Positions 59,362-64,000 of a stretch of DNA of 64,000 bases are shown piece after piece. The position numbers were made by a program, and so were the translations under genes. The stretch is taken from assembly GCA_965655895.1 (NCBI GenBank), contig CBFHID010000002.1:6339-70338 (forward strand), given 5' to 3'. Position 1 is the first letter of the stretch. The number at the start of each line of letters is the position of its first letter. Under the pieces are notes generated by a model. That model was not told the origin of the DNA and did no database searches. It saw only the letters and a program-made list of their open reading frames with translations. Source of the stretch: Candidatus Pelagibacteraceae bacterium. GTDB taxonomy: Bacteria; Pseudomonadota; Alphaproteobacteria; Pelagibacterales; Pelagibacteraceae.

Positions 59362-60003
59362 ATGAATAATAGATTGTTTCTTAAACCATTTGGACCATCA
59401 ATAGCAAAAGTTTCGATGGGAAAAGATTTAGTTAAAAAATTGAATGCTTACGTCGATAGTACAATAAAAAATTCAAATAAAACTAAAGAACTTAATCATG
59501 GTCCAAAATTAGCAGGGAATGTCCAGCAAGAATTTAAATTGGAAATAGATTTTATTAAAAGCAGTGGTTGGTTAGATTTTTTAGGTACTGAAGCTCAAAA
59601 GTGGATTAAGTCAGAATCTGGAAGAACAATTACTACATTCGACTTAATTGATTCTTGGATAGTGAGACAATTTGAAAACGACTATAACCCCCTACATGTC
59701 CACGGGGGTCATATATCAGGTGTTGGATATTTAAAGGTTCCCAGTTCATACGGAGAGTACACTCAAGATGGAAAAAAAGTAAATCAAAATGGTAAACTTT
59801 GTTTAGTGCATGGAACAAGACAATTTATGGCGGACTCTACATATAATATTGAACCCAAGGTTGGTGATTTCTATTTTTTTCCAAACTATTTAATGCATCT
59901 GGTGTATCCCTTTGTTTGTCCAAATGAAGAGAGGAGATCAATTTCATTTAATGCTTATATAGATCAAGATATTTACAATGTGTATGGAGGTTCAAAAAAA
60001 TAA
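59362..60003 (+). CDS. Putative 2OG-Fe(II) oxygenase-like protein (TIGR02466-type conserved hypothetical)
   Basis: 213 aa. NPLHVHGGHISGVGYL ... GDFYFFPNYLMHLVYPF ... RRSISFN fits the His-x-(His/Asp)...His jelly-roll pattern of that family. Confidence 0.55.
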   Translation: MNNRLFLKPFGPSIAKVSMGKDLVKKLNAYVDSTIKNSNKTKELNHGPKLAGNVQQEFKLEIDFIKSSGWLDFLGTEAQKWIKSESGRTITTFDLIDSWIVRQFENDYNPLHVHGGHISGVGYLKVPSSYGEYTQDGKKVNQNGKLCLVHGTRQFMADSTYNIEPKVGDFYFFPNYLMHLVYPFVCPNEERRSISFNAYIDQDIYNVYGGSKK

Positions 60004-60057
60004 ATTTTTTATTTTTTATAACCAAATATAGCAAAAAAAAAATTTATATTTTTATCA

Positions 60058-60432
60058 ATGAATGAAAATCAACTAAACGTTTTAGGAGAAAAATTAGAAA
60101 ACTGCTCACTAGATCCTTTGACGGGATGGTATAGAGACGGTTGCTGTAATACAGGTGAAAATGACATCGGAACACATACTGTGTGCGCAAAAGTAAATGA
60201 TGATTTTTTAAAATTTTGTAAAGAAAATGGAAATGATCTTATCACTCCAAGACCAGAATATAATTTTGAAGGTCTGAAAGATGGAGACAGCTGGTGTGTA
60301 TGTGCAGTTTGGTTCAAAAAAGCTATAGAGGCTGGGCACCCTTGTAAAATCTATATTAAAAGTACAAATAAAAAAACATTGGAAATAATTGACCTCAAGA
60401 TATTAAAAAAATATGCAATTGACTTATCATGA
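60058..60432 (+). CDS. DUF2237 family protein
   Basis: 124 aa. The pattern CSLDPLTGWYRDGCCNTGENDIGTHTVC is the DUF2237 Cys signature. Confidence 0.75.
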   Translation: MNENQLNVLGEKLENCSLDPLTGWYRDGCCNTGENDIGTHTVCAKVNDDFLKFCKENGNDLITPRPEYNFEGLKDGDSWCVCAVWFKKAIEAGHPCKIYIKSTNKKTLEIIDLKILKKYAIDLS

Positions 60433-60476
60433 AAAAAAAAATTTTTTTAATATTTTAAATTTAATAAAAAAACTTA

Positions 60477-61079
60477 ATGAAAATCACTAAAGTTATATTT
60501 GATCTTGGAAAAGTCCTTGTTAAATTTAATCCAAATAATTTATACAAAAAAATTTTTGAAAGCGAGGAAGAAATAAAATATTTTTTTAAAAATATATGTC
60601 CTTGGGAATGGCATATACAACAAGATATAGTTTACGATACAAAACCCGCAACTTTAAGTAAAATTAAAGAATTTCCAGAATATCGAGTTGCAATTGAAGC
60701 TTTTTATGGAAGATTTCAGGAGATGATAATTGGTGTTTATGAGGACAATGTAAAAATAGCTTTAGACTTAAAGAAAAAAAATATTCCGATTTATATTCTG
60801 AGCAACTTTCCTGGTGATCAGTTTGATATTTATGCAGAAAATAATAGATTTATTGAACAATTCGATGACATGATCATTTCAGGAAAAGTTGGCTTAAAAA
60901 AACCAGATGAAAAAATATATGAATTAGCAAAAAAAAAATTTGATTGTATTCCAAAAAATACTCTTTTTATTGATGATAGACCTGAAAATACTGAGTCGGC
61001 AAATAAACTTGGGTTTCAAACAATTACATTAGATAAACCAGAAAAACTTAAAGATTACTTAAAAAACTTTACTTTTTAA
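60477..61079 (+). CDS. HAD-superfamily hydrolase (subfamily IA-like)
   Basis: 200 aa with VIFDLGKVL (motif I), SNF (II) and K...FIDDRPEN (III/IV). Confidence 0.8.
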   Translation: MKITKVIFDLGKVLVKFNPNNLYKKIFESEEEIKYFFKNICPWEWHIQQDIVYDTKPATLSKIKEFPEYRVAIEAFYGRFQEMIIGVYEDNVKIALDLKKKNIPIYILSNFPGDQFDIYAENNRFIEQFDDMIISGKVGLKKPDEKIYELAKKKFDCIPKNTLFIDDRPENTESANKLGFQTITLDKPEKLKDYLKNFTF

Positions 61080-61638
61080 AATCAAATTTTTTATCAAAAT
61101 CAATTAATATAGAATTTGAATTTATAAAAATCTTATTAAATTTATTATTTTTAAGTATATTTTTTGCTCCTCGATCACCCTTTAAACTTTTGAGTTTCAA
61201 TTTATAATTGATGGGAAAGCAAACTGGATTTCCGCTCGTAGACTTAAAAAAGGGAACCATAGGAATATCATTTTTTTTTTTAAAAGAATTGATAATCTTA
61301 TTATACGTAGATGATTTAATTTTTGGCATATCTGACAAGCAAATTAAAAAGCCTGTGGAATCTTTGTTTAAATTTTTAATTCCTGTTAAGATTGTAGAAG
61401 ACATTCCTTTTTTAAAATTTTTGTTGTAAACAATTTTAATTTTTGAGAAATTGGAAATTTCATCTATCATTTTCTCTTGATCAGATCCTAAAACAACAAT
61501 TATTTCACCTACCTTGCTATTAATTAAATTTTTTAAACAATAAGATATTAAACTTTTGCTTTTATACTTTGCTAAAAGTTTATTTTGTTTTCCAAAACGC
61601 TGTGAAGTTCCAGCAGCTAACAAAATTGCTGAAATCAC
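61069..61638 (-). CDS. MobA-like nucleotidyltransferase (candidate molybdenum cofactor cytidylyltransferase MocA)
   Basis: 189 aa with the ILLAAGTSQRFGKQNKLL N-terminus. It is last in the cox-like cluster. Confidence 0.8.
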   Translation of the reverse strand: MISAILLAAGTSQRFGKQNKLLAKYKSKSLISYCLKNLINSKVGEIIVVLGSDQEKMIDEISNFSKIKIVYNKNFKKGMSSTILTGIKNLNKDSTGFLICLSDMPKIKSSTYNKIINSFKKKNDIPMVPFFKSTSGNPVCFPINYKLKLKSLKGDRGAKNILKNNKFNKIFINSNSILIDFDKKFDFKK

Positions 61639-62315
61639 TGCTTATAAATTTCCGTCATTAGTTGAAAGATTATTGATAAGGCAATTTCAGGTGCAGATTT
61701 TCCTCCAAACTTGATACCAATTGGTCCAAATATTTTTTTTATCTGGGTTTCTTTAAAGCCATTCTCCAATAACCTTTTGCATCTATTCTCGTGTGTTTTT
61801 TTACTACCCAAGGCGCCAATATAAAAACAATTTTGTTTCAGTGCCTCTTGAATTGCTGGATCATCAATTTTTGGATCATGCGTCAATGCTATTAAAGCAG
61901 TTTTGCTATCTATTGGACAATGTTGAAATGCTTCTTGTGGCCAAAGGTTAATAATATTTGCAAATGGAAATCTTTTTTCAGAGGCAAAATAGCCTCGAGG
62001 ATCAATAACATAAATATCAAGATTTAATGATTTTGCATATTCTACAAAGAACTGCGTGATATGTACTGCTCCAACTATAACAACTTTAATTGGACGATGA
62101 TAATTTTTTACAAATAAGTTTGTATTTTTAATCATTCCATCTTTTCTAGAATTATACGATTGATTAATTTGTTCTTTAAAATCTTTTAATTTTTTGGGAG
62201 TCTCTTGATCAACAAAAAAAATAAAGCTTTCAGATGTTGTGATATCTGTAATCACAGAAAACTCTTTTTTAGAGTTTTTGTAGTTAATAATTTCTTTTAA
62301 TATCTTAAGCTGCAT
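61635..62315 (-). CDS. XdhC/CoxI-family Mo-cofactor insertion chaperone, Rossmann (C-terminal) domain protein
   Basis: 226 aa with VVIVGAVHITQ and ALTHDPKIDDPA blocks. Confidence 0.8.
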   Translation of the reverse strand: MQLKILKEIINYKNSKKEFSVITDITTSESFIFFVDQETPKKLKDFKEQINQSYNSRKDGMIKNTNLFVKNYHRPIKVVIVGAVHITQFFVEYAKSLNLDIYVIDPRGYFASEKRFPFANIINLWPQEAFQHCPIDSKTALIALTHDPKIDDPAIQEALKQNCFYIGALGSKKTHENRCKRLLENGFKETQIKKIFGPIGIKFGGKSAPEIALSIIFQLMTEIYKQ

Positions 62316-62643
62316 CTAAAAATTTTTCTAAAAAGATTGCAATTTCTCCTCCGCAAGCTAAGCCAACATTCCATGCACTTTCATTGGATACTTTAAATTC
62401 AATTTTCTTAAAATTGTCATTCTCATTAATCAAATCTAAGCATTGCCTTACGACTTCTCCTTCGACACATCCACCGGAAACAGAACCTGAAAAATCACCT
62501 GAGTCATTCACAATCATTAAGCTTCCAACTGGACGTGGTGATGACCCCCATGTTTGAATTACTGTTGCTAAAATTACTTTTTTATTTTGCTCAATCCACT
62601 GTTGAGCCTCATCTAGGATCTTTTCATCAAAGGTATTATTCAT
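62305..62643 (-). CDS. XdhC/CoxI-family N-terminal domain protein (separate polypeptide)
   Basis: 112 aa with VILATVIQTWGSSPRPVGSLM and GSVSGGCVE blocks. It overlaps the next gene by 11 nt. Confidence 0.8.
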   Translation of the reverse strand: MNNTFDEKILDEAQQWIEQNKKVILATVIQTWGSSPRPVGSLMIVNDSGDFSGSVSGGCVEGEVVRQCLDLINENDNFKKIEFKVSNESAWNVGLACGGEIAIFLEKFLDAA

Positions 62644-62684
62644 TGCTGCATAATACCTTATCAGAAAATGTTAATTTTTTTAAA

Positions 62685-63473
62685 TTATTTACAGTTCATT
62701 ACTGCTTTTTGCGCAGCAGATAATACTAGACTTGCTCTATATTCGGCAGAAGCATGTATATCAGAATTCATTTCACTAGAATCTAAGTTAATATTATTCA
62801 ATGCTTCAACATTGAAATTGTTATTCAGTTGTTTTTCAATTTCTGAGCAACGGTAAACTGAAGATTTTGCACCAGTAACTGCGCAAATTATCTCTTTTTT
62901 ATGTTTAGCTATGTAAACCCCTACCATGGCATATCGTGAAGCTGGGTTTGGAATTTTCACATAGCTTGAAAGTTCAGGAATATTAAACTCAACCGCTGTT
63001 ACTAATTCATCTTTTTTTAAAGCTGTTTCAAACATACCTTTAAAAAATTTTGTAGCTTCAATTTTTCGATCAGATGTATGAATAGTTGCGTTTAGAGCGA
63101 TACAAGCAGATGGATAACAAGCGCTTGGATCATTATTTGCAATTGATCCACCAATCGTTCCTTTGTTTCTTACTTGCATATCTCCAATTCCACCAGCTAA
63201 TGTAACTAGCGAAGGGATTGCTTTTTTAACATCTTTTGAAGCTGCAACTTCAGCATGTTTAGTGGCCGCACCAATTTTTACTGTTTTGCCACTAACCTTA
63301 ATACCTTGCAAATCTTTAATATTTTTTACATTTATAATATCATCAAAACTTGAAAGTCTCATTTTTAAAGATGGGATCAATGTTTGACCGCCAGATAAAA
63401 AAGTTGATTTTTTTGTTGCAGCTTTAACAGCCTCTTTTACACTTTTTGCCTCATGAAAATTAAATTGCTTCAT
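62685..63473 (-). CDS. CoxM-like FAD-binding medium subunit of an XDH/CODH-family enzyme
   Basis: 262 aa with FLSGGQTLIPSLKMRL and GTIGGSIANNDPSACYP motifs. Confidence 0.88.
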   Translation of the reverse strand: MKQFNFHEAKSVKEAVKAATKKSTFLSGGQTLIPSLKMRLSSFDDIINVKNIKDLQGIKVSGKTVKIGAATKHAEVAASKDVKKAIPSLVTLAGGIGDMQVRNKGTIGGSIANNDPSACYPSACIALNATIHTSDRKIEATKFFKGMFETALKKDELVTAVEFNIPELSSYVKIPNPASRYAMVGVYIAKHKKEIICAVTGAKSSVYRCSEIEKQLNNNFNVEALNNINLDSSEMNSDIHASAEYRASLVLSAAQKAVMNCK

Positions 63474-63491
63474 TTACTACTCCTTTTAAAA

Positions 63492-64000
63492 TTAAGCAGC
63501 TTTTTTTGCTGATTTAGTTTTTTCTTTTAACGCTCTCCAAACTTTTTCAGCAGTTGCTGGCATTGTAACTTCTGTACCAATTGCATCTACGACAGCATTC
63601 ATAACTGCTGGAGGTGATGCAATAGCACCAGCCTCGCCACATCCCTTAACTCCCAATGGGTTGGATGTTGCGGGTGTGCAGGTATAGTCAATTCTAAATT
63701 CAGGAAAATTATCTGCTCTTGGCATACAATAATCCATGTATGAAGCAGTAACTAATTGACCTGTTTCATCATAATATGCATTTTCGTATAATGCCTGCCC
63801 AATACCTTGGGCTAACCCTCCATGAATTTGACCTTCGACAATCATTGGATTTATTAAATTTCCAAAATCATCTACGCAAGTATAAGTATCTACTTTGGTC
63901 TCTCCAGTTGTAGGGTCAATTTCTACTTCACAAATATGAGATCCTGCTGGAAATGAAAAGTTAACAGGATCATAAAATGCAGTTTCTTTTAAACCTGGCT
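63492..64000 (-). CDS. CoxL-like molybdopterin-binding large subunit, C-terminal ~169 aa (5' part beyond the window)
   Basis: The reading frame is open to the window edge. My extension upstream of the track ORF reads ...[61 protein letters not shown]...[26 protein letters not shown]. The active-site loop that separates form I from form II CoxL lies outside the window. Confidence 0.88.
   Translation of the reverse strand, partial: PGLKETAFYDPVNFSFPAGSHICEVEIDPTTGETKVDTYTCVDDFGNLINPMIVEGQIHGGLAQGIGQALYENAYYDETGQLVTASYMDYCMPRADNFPEFRIDYTCTPATSNPLGVKGCGEAGAIASPPAVMNAVVDAIGTEVTMPATAEKVWRALKEKTKSAKKAA

Noticed and set aside
1-64000. CRISPR arrays, rRNA genes, insertion sequences, toxin-antitoxin pairs and known anti-phage defence systems.
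   Set aside because: None was found. There are no regularly spaced repeats and no transposase, integrase, nuclease or ATPase gene combinations typical of defence islands. Every large ORF has a metabolic, transport, envelope or housekeeping signature.

Overview
The window is AT-rich (roughly 30% G+C by eye, not computed) and extremely gene-dense. Many junctions are 1-14 nt overlaps, and three convergent gene pairs share a TTAA double stop. The content is chromosomal DNA with alphaproteobacterial hallmarks (DUF3553, bactofilins, alpha-type SerC, long RpoZ). The overall look is that of a streamlined marine SAR11/Pelagibacterales-type genome, but taxonomy cannot be verified without a search. I support about 85 CDS. 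These include one gene missing from the ORF track because it runs off the 5' edge, and two sub-60-aa ORFs. There is one tRNA(CAU) plus a truncated duplicate of it, and a few hairpins and promoter candidates. I found no rRNA, CRISPR array, transposase, integrase or recognisable phage or defence genes.

Main modules:
- 1-13.5 kb: an IclR-headed 11-gene operon. It combines a TTT carboxylate importer, an unusually partitioned XDH-family molybdoenzyme, an IolD-like TPP enzyme, a Zn-ADH, an ALDH and an IlvD/Edd dehydratase. This is the best candidate for an undescribed pathway.
- 15.4-20.9 kb: a TRAP transporter, malonyl-CoA decarboxylase and a divergent family III CoA-transferase.
- 25-27.9 kb and 46.5-48.3 kb: glycosyltransferase loci.
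- 27.9-33 kb: a fused AdoMetDC-spermidine synthase and a Nit-family amidase, followed by mtnP, mtnA, a FucA-like aldolase and apt. This is an MTA recycling block that looks like a DHAP shunt.
- 33-37.5 kb: a block of small secreted, lipoprotein and membrane ORFs of unknown function. It is built around the tRNA and a 102-bp direct repeat that brackets a 2-kb cassette.
- Housekeeping and other genes: glcB, mnmA, serC-serA-serB, a CADD/PqqC-like di-iron protein, HU, RseP, two bactofilins, acuI-like, folE and hisI.
- 61-64 kb: a second XDH/CoxL-type cluster with MocA and a split XdhC.

All functional calls rest on motif recognition from memory. No database search was possible.
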